Below are positions 28,710-41,255 of a DNA stretch of 64,000 nt, one piece after another. The position numbers were made by a program, and so were the translations under genes. The notes beneath the pieces are model-generated. The model was not told the DNA's origin, ran no database searches, and saw only the letters and a list, made by a program, of their open reading frames with translations. The stretch spans positions 367,288,001-367,352,000 of the forward strand of contig OZ024740.1 of assembly GCA_964016885.1 (NCBI GenBank), given 5' to 3'. The number at the start of each line of letters is the position of its first letter. Positions within the stretch are counted from its first letter, which is position 1. The DNA comes from Eledone cirrhosa. Its lineage: Eukaryota.

Positions 28710-28900
28710 ATAATTGTTTCTACTTTTGACACAAGGCGAGCAATTTCCCAGTGCATTACTGGTACTTTATTTTATCGACCCCGTAAGGATGCAAGGCAAA
28801 TTTGACCTCGGCGGGATTTGAACTCAGAATGGCAAGAGCCGTAACCCTATGCGTCATAGCATGGTGTCCGACCCTCTACCGATACCTTCAATCCACCGCC
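28710..28900 (-). mobile_element. tRNA-derived Meta-like SINE
   Basis: Same family as 10150-10345. B-box GAGTTCAAATCCC on the minus strand. Confidence 0.8.
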
Positions 28901-28967
28901 CCTGTATATAATGCTCAGTATTTATACTTTGAGCTTGTTAATTGCAGGGTAACTCTGTATTTTAATT

Positions 28968-29035
<68 letters not shown>

Positions 29036-30479
29036 TGTTATACTTGGGGAGGGTCATATTTGTGTAATATTGCCAGAATTAATAATAGAACACATTCACT
29101 GTTTGGTTGGTTTTCGCTTTTCGCTTCTGTGTCTTTCATATCGGTTAATTTAATTTATTCGGTCCTCAATGTTGCCATTGACTGACCAACGGTCAAAAAT
29201 ACAGATACAATATAGACACAAACACATATATATAGTCTATCAAATTGTTTCGTTGCACATCTGCAACATCGTCAGTGGTGCTATTGTTTCCTCCCATTGC
29301 ATTGTATTTTCTACGCAATCTTTATTTAGTCTGTTTATATATTTATTTATTTGCTTATTTTTTTTTGTCTTCTTTGCGCATGCGTTTGCGTGTGTGTATA
29401 GTGTTTTGTTTGATGTGTGTTTGTGATTGGGTGACTGTATTGGTTAATGTATTCTATCTTTACTAGTGTGTGTTTATATGTGTTTGTTGTTATTGTGCTT
29501 GTGTATGTATTTATTTATTTATCTATTTATTTATTTATTTATACTTCTCTTAGGTCAGTGTTGTTTGTTTGGGTGTTGTTGTTATTGCATTTCTGTTTAG
29601 CTTTGGGTTCTAAGTTCTATTTCACTGGCCTCTCTGATTTGCCTATCTGCTGGGTCATTTCTATGTTTAGATATTTTTCTAATTTCTATATTGTCTATGT
29701 TACCGTCATGTTGTTGTCTGACATGTTCGTATAGTACTGAACCGTTTTTTCGTCATTTTAGTTCCCCCCATTGTTGGTCTATGCTTTCACCTATGCAACG
29801 AGCTGTCTCGCCTATGTATGTTGTTGTCATGTTTCTGCATATGCGATAGACTACGTTTCTAGCTTTACAGTTTATCCGGGGGTTTACTTTACATATGATA
29901 CATTTCCTATTAGTACAGTGGGTTTTCTTAAAAGGGTAGGTTTTGCTGATCAGGGATTTTATGGCGGTTCCTGGCTTTTCTATCACCTTAATCTTTAAGT
30001 GGGTCTTTCTCAGGGCCTTTCTACACTGGTTAGCTAATTTCCCTCCAGGGGTAGCATCCACAAACATGACACTCTGGTATCTCTGATTGTCGTGCCATGA
30101 GGTGACTTTCCCTATCTTATGTCTAGCCCTATCTAAGCTATTCCATGATTAGCTCCTGTATAATGGGCAAATTCCTTTCATGTCCAGTTCTATGAGGGTC
30201 TTATACTTCTCCGTGGCTCCTTCGTAAACTCTGATTCTGTCTCTTTGGTTGTAGCCAGAGAACTGCATGCGGTTGATGAAGTGTTGGATGTGTCTTTCAA
30301 TTTCTGTTGGGTCGCACATGCGGGACACGTGATTCATCACTCGTACCAAGTCTGCGATCAGAATATTAAAGTTAGCACTACTGGACACTGCTGAGTTTTG
30401 GAGGGAAATTAACTAACCAATGTAGAAAGGCCCTGAGAAAGACCCACTTAAAGATTAAGGTGGTAGAAAGGCCCTGAGA

Positions 30480-30866
30480 ATGACCCACTTAAAGATTAAG
30501 GTGGTAGAAAACCCAGGAACCACCATAAAATCACTGATCAGCAAAACCTACCCTTTTAAGAAAACCCACTGTACTAATAGGAAATGTATCATATGTAAAG
30601 TAACCCCCCGGATAAACTGTAAAACTAGAAACGTAGTCTATAGCATAAGATGTACAGAATGTACTTGCAGAAACATGACAACAACATACATAGGCGAGAC
30701 AGCTCGTTGCATAGGTGAAAGGATAGACCAACACTGGGGGGAACTAAAAGGACGAAAAAACGGTTCAGTACTATACGAACATGCCAGACAACAACACGAC
30801 GGTAACATAGACAACATAGAAATTAGAATAATATCTAAACATAGAAATGACCCAGCAGATAGGTAA
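30480..30866 (+). pseudogene. PLE GIY-YIG endonuclease fragment
   Basis: C..C.IC..C zinc linker plus VVY/YIG/R/H motifs, ending in a premature stop. Confidence 0.85.
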
Positions 30867-31219
30867 ATCAGAAAGGCCAGTGATATAGAACTTAGAAGGC
30901 CAAAGCTAAACAGAAAAAATGAATGGAATAACAACACCCCAAAAACCTAAGAGAAGTATAAATAAATAAATAAATAGATAAATAAATAAATACATACACA
31001 AGGACAATAACAAAAAACACATATAAACACACACTAGTAAAGATAGAATACATTAACCAATACACAGTCACCCAATCACGAACACACATCAAACAAAACA
31101 CTATACACACACGCAAACGCATGAGCAAAGAAGACAAAAAAAAACAAAACAAATAAATAAATATATAAACAGACTAAATAAAGATGGCGTAGAAAATACA
31201 ATGCAACGGGAGGAAACAA

Positions 31220-31300
31220 TAGCACCACTGACGATGTTGCAGATGTGCAACGAAACAATTTGATAGACTATATATATGTGTTTGTGTCTATATTGTATCT
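31220..31300 (+). ncRNA. HHR core in a PLE pseudo-LTR (inverted copy at ~29205-29283)
   Basis: CTGACGA(31228)-t-gttgca(gatg)tgcaac-GAAAC. Candidate long stem III ACAAT..ATAGAC/GTCTAT-ATTGT-A. Stem I partner unclear. Confidence 0.6.
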
Positions 31301-31582
31301 GTATTTTTGACCGTTGGTCAGTCAATGGCAACATTGAGGACCGAATAAATTAAATTAACCGATATGAAAGACACAGAAGCGAAAAGCGAAAACCAACCAA
31401 ACAGTGAGTGTGTTCTGTTATTAATTCTGGCAATATTACACAAATATGACTCTCCCCAAGTATAACAATATTTGTTTCGACACACGATTTCATATAAAAA
31501 ACCTCGCAAAACTATATATATATACATTTATATAACACATATACATATATATATATATATACGCATATACATATATATATAT

Positions 31583-31660
<78 letters not shown>

Positions 31661-31661
<1 letters not shown>

Positions 31662-32826
31662 AACGGAAAAAATGAAACGAAATTTCATTTCCCACTCTTA
31701 GTACGGCTGTTACTTAAATATAAGTATGTACACGTACATACATATATGTATACAGACGTACAGTAGTATGTATATATATATACATACATGCACACATATA
31801 TATATGTACGTATAGATTCACCGAACATTTATGATAATGCTCGGTGTGTTTGTAAACAAACATCCCGTATTAAGCCGTAGTGTCCAGCAACCATCGTTGC
31901 TCGGTTGTTCAACACTGACAAAGGAACGTTCTACTAGTTTCAAGCTTATTAGTTATCGTCAGCAACGTATACCTTCCTGCCAGATTATTGAACGTATATA
32001 CTTACCTTATGCATATTAACAGCTGAGAAGCCCAATTTGCATATCGAGTGGGTTAATCGGCCGAGTGCACCGAAAACGTTAAACGGAAAAAAAGAAACGA
32101 CATTTCATTTCCTAGTCTTAGTACGGCTGTTACTTAAATATAAGTATGTACACGTACATACATATATGTATACAGACGTACAGTAGCTTGAAACTAGTAC
32201 AGCTTTCCTTTCTCAGTGTTGAACAAACGAGCAACGATGGTTGCTGGACACTACGGCTTAATACGGGATGTTTGTTTACAAACACACCGAGCATTATAAT
32301 AAATGTTCGGTGAATCCATACGTACATATATATATATGTACATGTATGTATATATATATACATACTACTGTACGTCTGTATACATATATGTATGTACGTG
32401 TACATACTTATATTTAAGTAACAGCCGTACTAATAGTGGGAAATGAAATTTCGTTTCATTTTTTCCGTTTATCGTTTTCGGTGCACGCGGCCGACTAACC
32501 CACTTTATATGCAAATTGGGCTACTCAGCCGTTAATATGCATAAGGTAAGTATATACGTTCAACAATCTGGCAGGAAGGTATACGTTGCTGACAATAGCT
32601 AATAAGCTTCAAACTAGTACAGAGTTCCTTTGTCAGTGTTGAACAAACGAACAACGATGGTTGCTGGACACTACGGCTTAATACGGGATGTTTGTTTACA
32701 AACACACCAAGCATTATAATAAATGTTCGGTGAATCCATACGTACATATATATATGTGTGCATGTATGTATATATATATACATACTACTGTACGTCTGTA
32801 TACATATATGTATGTACGTGTACATA

Positions 32827-32830
<4 letters not shown>
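31661..32830. mobile_element. Retrozyme-like non-coding element, family B: 420-bp monomers in tandem and inverted arrangement
   Basis: 31661/32081 and 32201/32621 are both offset by 420. Orientation switches at ~32185. (TA)n flanks. Confidence 0.82.
31921..31976 (-). ncRNA. Minimal type I HHR (family B); mutated or partial copies at 32185-32210 and 32574-32630 (+)
   Basis: Minus strand: ggaaggtatacgttg-CTGACGA-taact(aata)agct-t-GAAAC-TA-GTA-gaacgttcctt. Confidence 0.78.
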
Positions 32831-32921
<91 letters not shown>

Positions 32922-32989
32922 ATACACACATATATATATATACATGTACACATATATATATATATATACACACATATACATATATATAT

Positions 32990-33278
32990 ACAGCTCAATG
33001 TAGGATAATTAGTATACTACAGAGCCGTTATAAGTTTGGGAATAACCAAAGAGTGCTTAGAAACACATTGTTTTATTTGCTAACAGTGTTTCATCCATAC
33101 CCTATGGCAGAAATTATCAGAGTTTATAAACGAAAATATATCAGAGGTTGCAGAGCCTACAACCTCTGATATCTCTCTCTGTTTATAAGCTCTGATGATT
33201 CCTGCCATGGTGTATGGATGAAACACTGTTAGCAAATAAAAGAATGTGTTTCTAAGCACTCTTTGGTTATTCCTAAAC
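32990..33278. mobile_element. Palindromic solo PLE pseudo-LTR (~245-bp fold-back) with two opposed HHRs
   Basis: Arms 33034-33278 centred at ~33155. Conserved hairpin at 32993-33025. (TA)n flanks. Confidence 0.8.
33186..33236 (+). ncRNA. Type I HHR; the inverted copy at ~33076-33126 has a CTGATAA core
   Basis: aagct-CTGATGA(33192)-ttcc tgccatggtgta tggat-GAAAC-ACT-GTT-agc. Confidence 0.72.
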
Positions 33279-33309
<31 letters not shown>

Positions 33310-33448
33310 CACACACATATATATATATATATATATACACACACAATATATATATATATATATGTGCGTATGTGTGTGTGTGTGCGTGTGTGTATGCGTT
33401 TGTGTATGAGTGAATGCATATGTGCCACCATTAATTATATGTGTATTT

Positions 33449-33515
<67 letters not shown>

Positions 33516-33894
33516 TTATATATATATATTATCGCAATTATTAGTCCACGAAGAGAAAAAAAACTGGTGAAAGATGTAGACAGACTATATGCTTAGATTG
33601 GAATACCCTTCATATTAATTTTATTTATTAAATTGTGCTCTCCACCTTTAAGGAAAACGGTAAGATATACTCCATCATAATGTCAATAGTATATTAAATT
33701 TCGTGGCTAACCTATAAATTAGAATATTTGAATCAACTACAAACATTGTCACATTTAGATGTTTATTCTTTTTTCTTTACTATGAAACAATCAATATTTA
33801 CTATACCATAGCATTGGTTGATGTACATTGCATTAATTTTCTGGTTTATTTTGCAATAGCATGCGGTATTTATTTTCTTACAATTTAAATTTTC

Positions 33895-34105
33895 ATACGG
33901 TTGGTCGGCAGAATCGTTCGATTGTCGGAGAAATAGCTTTACAATTTTCAGCTAACAGTTTCTACGTTCTGAGTTCAAATACCTCCGTGGTCAGCTTTGC
34001 CTTTCATTCCTACGAGGTAAATAAAATAAGCAACAGTTCTATGTCGATATAATCGATGTATGCTTACTCTAAATTGCTGGCCTTGTCTAAAAATTAGAAA
34101 TTATT
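33895..34105 (+). mobile_element. tRNA-derived Meta-like SINE
   Basis: ggcagaatcg..ctgagttcaaatacc..ctttgcctttcattcc. Confidence 0.7.
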
Positions 34106-34979
34106 ATTCGAAATGCGAATTCAATAACTACCATTTTACAGCTTGTCATTTTATGGATCGAGTTATTCATCAAAAAGGTAGCCGCATAATTTCCATTAGA
34201 GCGGAGAAGAGATTTTGTGATGTGAACATTATCATTTTTTGTTGTGTATGTCTAATACGTAATCTTGTCTTAGACTGTACAAGCCTTATATCATCAGTCA
34301 TGAGTTCGTATTGTAATGTTCCCGATGTAGATAATATCTAGTATTCATGTAGTGGAATAGATAAAAATGTATATGCGCTTAGCTTTACCCAGACATATGT
34401 GATCTTCCTCGGTTGTTAAGAATATTTTTCACGTAATGAATAGTATATTTATAGGAACCAAAGATGATATGTTACTGCTATCTGACAGCAAAATGTAAAA
34501 CGAATATTATTCGAACCAAACATATGTCTGTCTTCTCATATATTTAACTCTACATAGATTAGGTAACATAACTACATAGAATTAAATAAAATAGAGAAAT
34601 AAACATCCCCATTGTACCAAGCGGATGTAATAAGTGTAATTGAATCATGTTTCCTTAACGCGAATAATTTGATTAGAAAATTAGCTTAACTAACAATAGA
34701 GTGCGATGTATTTTGTTCATTGGTGGAATACTTCAATTCTCTCATCACCTTCACTATACACTATTTACTTCACTAGAGAAATAGTGTTTAGAAAAATAAT
34801 TCATGGCAGACATGAATAATCAGATATGCAGGCCTTCAAGCATTTTTTCATAGATGAGTTATTCGATCAACAGAGTCAAGCCTTATTTCAGGCTTTCGTA
34901 GGGTTCACAAAAAACCTTTTCTCTGATGGAGAGGAAGCCTATTCCATGAACCGTTTTTTTAGAGCTGAAATGAAACGTT

Positions 34980-35240
34980 TACGTTAATCGAATGTTGATT
35001 TAACAGTGTTATTTATCGATACAATAATGCCTGGGATTGTCGGTATCGATAGAGGGTCGGACGCGATGCTTTGCAACATAGAGTTACGGGCCTTTACGGT
35101 CTGAGTTCAAATCCCGCCAAGGTTAACTTTGCCTTTCGTCCTTATGAGGTCGATAAAATAAAGTACCAGTAATGCACTGGAATAATTTCTGGCCTTCTGC
35201 CAAAAGTAGAAGCAATTATTGTACTAGGCATTGCTGTTTT
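34980..35240 (+). mobile_element. Meta-like SINE whose flanks are shared with 38778-39035
   Basis: ctgagttcaaatcccgcc..gtcgataaaataaagtaccag. Confidence 0.8.
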
Positions 35241-35824
35241 GATTGTGTCGGATTTGGGCACATTGTAAAACACTGCCGGTGTGAATTAAATAGATATAAA
35301 TGATTTTTTAATTACTTCACCGGACCTAGTATATTCATTATGTACAACCTTCTATCATATATTCTTTGGAGTATTCGAACTTATGACAACCTTGTGAAGT
35401 ACAATAATAACTTCATAAGAAAGGTAAGTTGGAATTAGTCTAAACATTGAGTTACAGCATTTACAGATATAATATCACTTTCTGACCGATTGATATACGA
35501 AGTTATAAAGTATTCTAATGATTAATACTTTCTTGCCCTTTTCATGTGAACTAACAAGATCTAACAAGAAAAGTGAAATAGTTTCATCTGCGAATTGAAA
35601 GTATCCAGCAGATTTAGCTTAATGTGAGTCAACCTCTTTATTTGTAGCACCAACATGAGCATCATATTGCATTTATTACACTTCTAATACAATAGATTAA
35701 AATCGATTCCAGTTCCTGACTGGAATCTAATGTTATCGACACTAGATTCTGCAAATACATTGCCTTTATAATATTCGTTTATTATGACTAATTATAAAAA
35801 AAGGCGTGACATTTGGTTACAATA

Positions 35825-35965
35825 TTCTACGTTCTAATTTCAAATCCCAACGAAGTTATTTTCCCTCTTTTCATGGTCGACAAAATAAAGTACCAATCGA
35901 GTACTGGGACAGATTTAATCAGCTTTCCCCTCCCACCAAATCAGAAACCCACTAATTTAGAAACC
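35825..35965 (+). mobile_element. Degenerate Meta-like SINE
   Basis: ttcaaatcccaacgaag..ggtcgacaaaataagtacc. Confidence 0.6.
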
Positions 35966-38777
35966 ATGTTTACTAATTATGAAATCACTTTATTTAAAGC
36001 AATACAATCACTTGAAAGATTTGAGAGACAATATTTTGGGGATAAGTATGACACTTGATTTCAGTGTTATTGCAAAATATATCAGCATATACAAATGAAT
36101 TGATAATGCTTCCCTCAACAACTTCATTGCAAACGAGTCAATGGGAATTTTTGACTACCTGATAGAAATAGTAGAGAAATCTCTCTTAAATAATGGAAAC
36201 GTACATTAGACCGGGCATTTCTCGAACTAGTCATAAAAGGACAACTTGATCATGGCTGGAATGTCTTTGATAAATGCTTATACAATAAAGCTGAATCACG
36301 AATATTAAAGAAAAAAAAAGTAGAAAAAATTATTTAGCGGAAATTTACATTTTACGTCGCAATCTTGAAGCATGACTAATTTTAACAGCAAAGTTTCTCA
36401 TTTTAGCTAGCATAAACTATTTTAGAAAGTTACGGACACACCTTTCTTTAATAAAAGTGGTATTGATAAATGCAATTGACCCAACCTAATAAGAATGTTT
36501 GCTCCCCATAATAATTGTCTCTGACGCCGAACCCATTAAAAGTTGAAATAACTTTACGCTTGAAGAGACGTTGTTTATAAATTGACCGAGAGTCGAATAG
36601 AAGGAGACACAATACCGGAATTTATATTAAGTTTAGTTTGTCAGGAATTGTAATAGAAAGCTGTAACTTGAAATTTACATAAACTAATCACATACAAATA
36701 CAATCAATGAAAGGAATTCCACATTCCTATTAATTTCATAAATATTTCGCGAGTTGTTAGTGCATCTCAGAGAATTTAGATATACAGTAATATATATGCG
36801 GAAAGTTGTATTAAATAATCTACTCTGCTTTGTTTTACAGCAACTAAAGTATTCAAATGTAGTACTGCCAATTCATATTTCAATTGTTTAGTATACTGCG
36901 TTTCCACAATGAATGATTGTGAGTAACGCCTACGTATCGCCCCTACGTAGGCTTAGGTAGGTTGAGCTAGTTATGGGGTAGTCATGAAAATGACATAATA
37001 TCGCTGAATCAATAAAAACTGTAAATGACCTGCTTGGTATTTCACAATCATGATGAATAAGAACATATTACAAACTTTGTAAATATAGCTATGAAAGGAA
37101 CAGCTATTCATATCTGATAGCTTCAAGTCAGTATACTTTGTATAATGTATGTGATTTTATTGTTATTTGAAGTTAATATTTTCAGAGCACTCTCTCTATT
37201 TGAATAAATATTTAAAGGTGCAGTTCTCTTTCATGCTTGAAGTATCTCTCAAGTTAAATGCTACCAAACGTTTAAAGAATCTGAAAACAACTACAGTAAT
37301 TTCAATTCTGATAGGTACTAATAATCTTAATAATCTTAATAATGGTGATGCGCCTGTAGAAATAGGAAAGCGTTGGCTCAAATATATTAGTTTTTAATTT
37401 TGCCCATAAATTTTGAATCGAAGCAACATCGATTCAAGTTCGATACACTGATAAAAAGTTTCACGACCAAGAAAACAGAAAAAAATGAATACAGCAAAAT
37501 TATTCAAAATGCAGCTTAACTTAAAATATAAAGAGGTGTAAATATATACAACACTGTATCTTGCCCCACACTCTACCAAGCTTTCTCATTCCCTTTTTTC
37601 GCAAAACCGAAAACATATTAGTACCGCCTTTTTGACAAACAATATCTAAAGAATAAAATCTCAGGAACAACTACAAAAAACACCAAAATATAAGGTTAAC
37701 TAAATTATAGTTATCAGCTTTTACCTTTTTATTTGCTTTTACCGCAACCATATGTATATTAAATGAGATTTTATCAACAAATCATTTACATTTTTCATCA
37801 TGGTCGTTTTTCATTTTAAGGATGATTGCCGACGAAGAGTTGTAAAATGCAAATTAGATGCCAAAATGGCTTGTTATTTATAAATACTTAGTTAAATAGA
37901 AAGATGATTATTTGGCAGATCAATACCAATAATGAAATACTTTCCAGTTTTCGTTCAAAAAAAAAAAAAAGAAGACAATATCATAATTCGTTTTGATGAA
38001 CATTTCTAAGATCAAAACGTTCGAATCAGATCTTTTAACAGACAATTTGTTTTTTAAATGAAGGGTAGAATTCGAAGAGAATTTGATGGTTGTTGGTAGC
38101 ATTTTGAGCAAGGATGTAGGGACGGATTTGTTGGCATTTAAGGTTATGGTCATTGCTCTTGTTGTTGCTTCAAATCATTCTTAATCTATTAGACTAATTA
38201 TCAAAGCACTACAACTGTGACCATTCTATTTTTTTTTCAGACAATGCATTTAGAATCACATAATCTAATATGTGCTCGTTATAACACGGTAAAGTATGAG
38301 TTGAGGTATTTAACTGCCATGTTTAACATAGAGGTGCCATCATAGTTTCACGTGCCATAAATAGAAATTGGAAAATATAAAGCTACTCATATTTTACTAG
38401 CATATGTTAGATAATTTATCCAGTTATGATTGTATTTAGCAGCTAAATATATCCTTTAAGAATTCGGCACGAATTTTCGGATGAAGACATTTGTCAGAAT
38501 ATAGAGGTGAAATGTTATTTAAATAATATCCATAATCTTTCGCTATAAGCCTGATTATTGCTTTTCGATAATGCAGGAGCGGTCTGACTACAAGTTCTAT
38601 TGAGTTTCTAGTTTGCATACTTTCGTAAAGATAAACAGAATAACTCCCAATAAACCGGCTCTGTGATGTAGATATAGTCCTTTGCTGGGCTATTTCATTT
38701 TATTTACACTAGTATTCGAGCTTTCACTACTCATGCAAAGGTATCTATTTAGAGAAGGCGACGATTGGCAGTAAACA

Positions 38778-39035
38778 ACGTTAATCGAATGTTAATCAAA
38801 CAGTTTTATTTATCGTTACAATAATGCCAGCGATTGGCGGTATCGGTAGAGGGTCGGACGCCATTCTTTGAAGCATAGAGGTACGGGCATTTACGCTCTG
38901 AGTTCAAATCCCGCCGAGGTTAACTTTGCCTCTCATACTTACGAGGTCGATAAAATAAAGTACCAGTAATGCACTGGGATAATTCCCAGCCTTCTGCCAA
39001 AAGTAGAAACAATTATTGTACTAGGCAGTGCTGTA
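38778..39035 (+). mobile_element. Meta-like SINE cassette between 31-bp direct repeats
   Basis: Same as 34980-35240. atttagagaaggcgacgattggcagtaaaca occurs at 38747-38777 and 39048-39078. Confidence 0.8.
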
Positions 39036-39888
39036 TTAATTATATCCATTTAGAGAAGGCGACGATTGGCAGTAAACATAGTAGTGCATGGATTGCCTTA
39101 CAGAATTCGAAAATACCAGATTTTTTACTCACCCACCCGCTCTCTCTCTCTTTCTTCCGCGTCACCTTGATTTCGCTTGAAAAGTACATTAACTTTTCAA
39201 GTGTCTGCGAAGTACTTCGCTACATCCATATAAATTCCTTGAGAAGCAATTTTGTTGGTTTAACAGCTAATTGTTCATTGCCGAGGGGTATAGATAATCG
39301 ACATGCTTATATCAGAACAACGAACTTTATGGAATTCATTACGATCGTGTTAGAGGTTTAACTCTTTTTTATTTTACTTTTATTTGCTCGAGTTCCTTCC
39401 GGAAATAAAAACAATTTTCCTTCGTATAATCTAATGCCTCTAAAATAAGGCTTGGAGAAAACATTCAATCTGTGAAGATATTTGTATCTCTAATACTTGA
39501 GACTACCGAATAATTTTTGTATGAAAGAAATACATAAGAAAAGTATGAATTTATGTAACTGTTTTTCTTACTACAATTGATATTTGGTTTTACATATCAT
39601 CCTTGGCTTATGTCTTAATACACTATTAAAGATTCAATGCAATAAAATAACATAAAGCAAACAGCGCTTAATAGTGGCTCGTGTTAAGCTGAAGAACATT
39701 GTGTGGCTGCAGATTCGCAGTTTCCTGGCATCCCGCTGTTCAATAACTTCTGGCAAGAGTATATTTTCTTTTTTGTACACACACACACACACACACACAT
39801 ACACACACACACACACACACATACATACCCCCCCTACACACACACACACGTACACCCACCCACACACAAACACACACACATACACACA

Positions 39889-39967
<79 letters not shown>

Positions 39968-40739
39968 GGTAGTATCTCTCATATTAAATATTATTAGAAA
40001 AATATACGCACGCCCATGGAGTAAATACGTTTGCGAGGTGTTTGAATGATCGTGCTGTTTTAAATGCAGAAATTATATTATATTTCATAGGAAAGACAAA
40101 TAGAGGTTACCTGACGTATATAATTTGGCTTGGGTATTTTCCTTCGTATTATATTTCAACATAAGATTCTGATTAAACACTGAGAACTATGCACAAAAGT
40201 GGTTCTAAATAAATTCAACTACTGTGAGCTTAGTAACTCCAGCATTATCGTTATTTCTATAAGACACCACTTCAAACATATACCAGAGAACCAAAACACA
40301 CGAAATATACCATATCTTGTAAATAAATTATTTTACATTTCCATTAATTCAAAATGTATTGGGGTAAAGAAGAGAAAAGAAAAGGTAAATCTAAAATTAT
40401 AATCCTGAAAGATAAAATTCTTAATGTCATAACTTCAATAGTTTAAAATCCCCAAGACAGAAATTTGCTTTCTCATGAAAATCGATGGGAAGAACCCATA
40501 ACAGTTTAGCCTTATAATATTATCTGATTCATTCATCTCGAAAATATGATTATCTCCAAACCTCCTAACTCTAGGTGGATCAAGTTCTTCTTTTCACTCT
40601 CATTCGTTCCTTTGCTCCATCCCCCTTTCTTGGAGACAAGTTACACACAGTCAGGTTGCTAACGAGCCCAAACGTATTTATACGTTTGGTAAAATAAAAA
40701 AATATTCCTTCATCTTCGTAGTGATATTAGTATTCTACT

Positions 40740-41255
40740 TATGTTAGCTGACGATATGTTTGATGCAGGGTGTTGCACGATTAAAATGAAAATCTGTGTG
40801 GCGACGACTAAGACACTTATTCTCTCAAGGAAGCCTGCGCAGTATACTCTACATGAGAATAGTGTTCTATTGAAGCAGCTGGAGAATTTGAAGTATCCTG
40901 TAACTGTGTTCACGAGCCGCTACCTCTCCAAATTGAGAGATTACAGCTCCGACACTATGGACGGGATGCCGATGTTTAAGGAAGTAATCAGTGGACAGAT
41001 TTTACGGCAACACCGAACGACAAGGATCTCAGGGTTTGCTCCAAGAGCAACATGTTTGGATAAATAGTCCCAAGTTGAAACCATTCGATGTGGAGTCGGA
41101 CGCCACTGCTCTCGCTTGAGGACCAGCCGGTTCAATTGGAGTCAGTTGCTTTTGACAGCACCCGCTTGAAAGCGTGCTTGAAGACTCTGCCTCAAAGTGG
41201 ACAAAGAAGAAGAAGAAGATGAAGATGAAGATGAAGAAAGAAGAAAAGAAGAAGA
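40740..41255 (+). mobile_element. 3' fragment of an RTE-clade LINE with a (GAA)-rich tail
   Basis: MKICVATTKTLILSRKP..LKQLENLKYP..FTS matches the RTE MKISTAKT..KQVEKFKYLG..FTS region. GAA/GAT repeat tail at 41205-41255. Confidence 0.7.

Larger units (their letters stand above)
29033..31470. mobile_element. 5'-truncated Penelope-like element (second PLE lineage) arranged as divergent inverted 3' halves
   Basis: Minus arm 29033-30400 (RT thumb 30149-30388, GIY-YIG 29753-30067). Plus arm 30400-31470 (GIY-YIG 30480-30866: RNVVY.I.C..C..TYIGETAR..ER..H). The arms are ~1-kb inverted copies, with a 41-bp tandem duplication near 30423-30505. Confidence 0.88.

Noticed and set aside
35030-35120. tRNA-like A/B boxes as tRNA genes
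   Set aside because: They are SINE heads with no cloverleaf, followed by the shared SINE body
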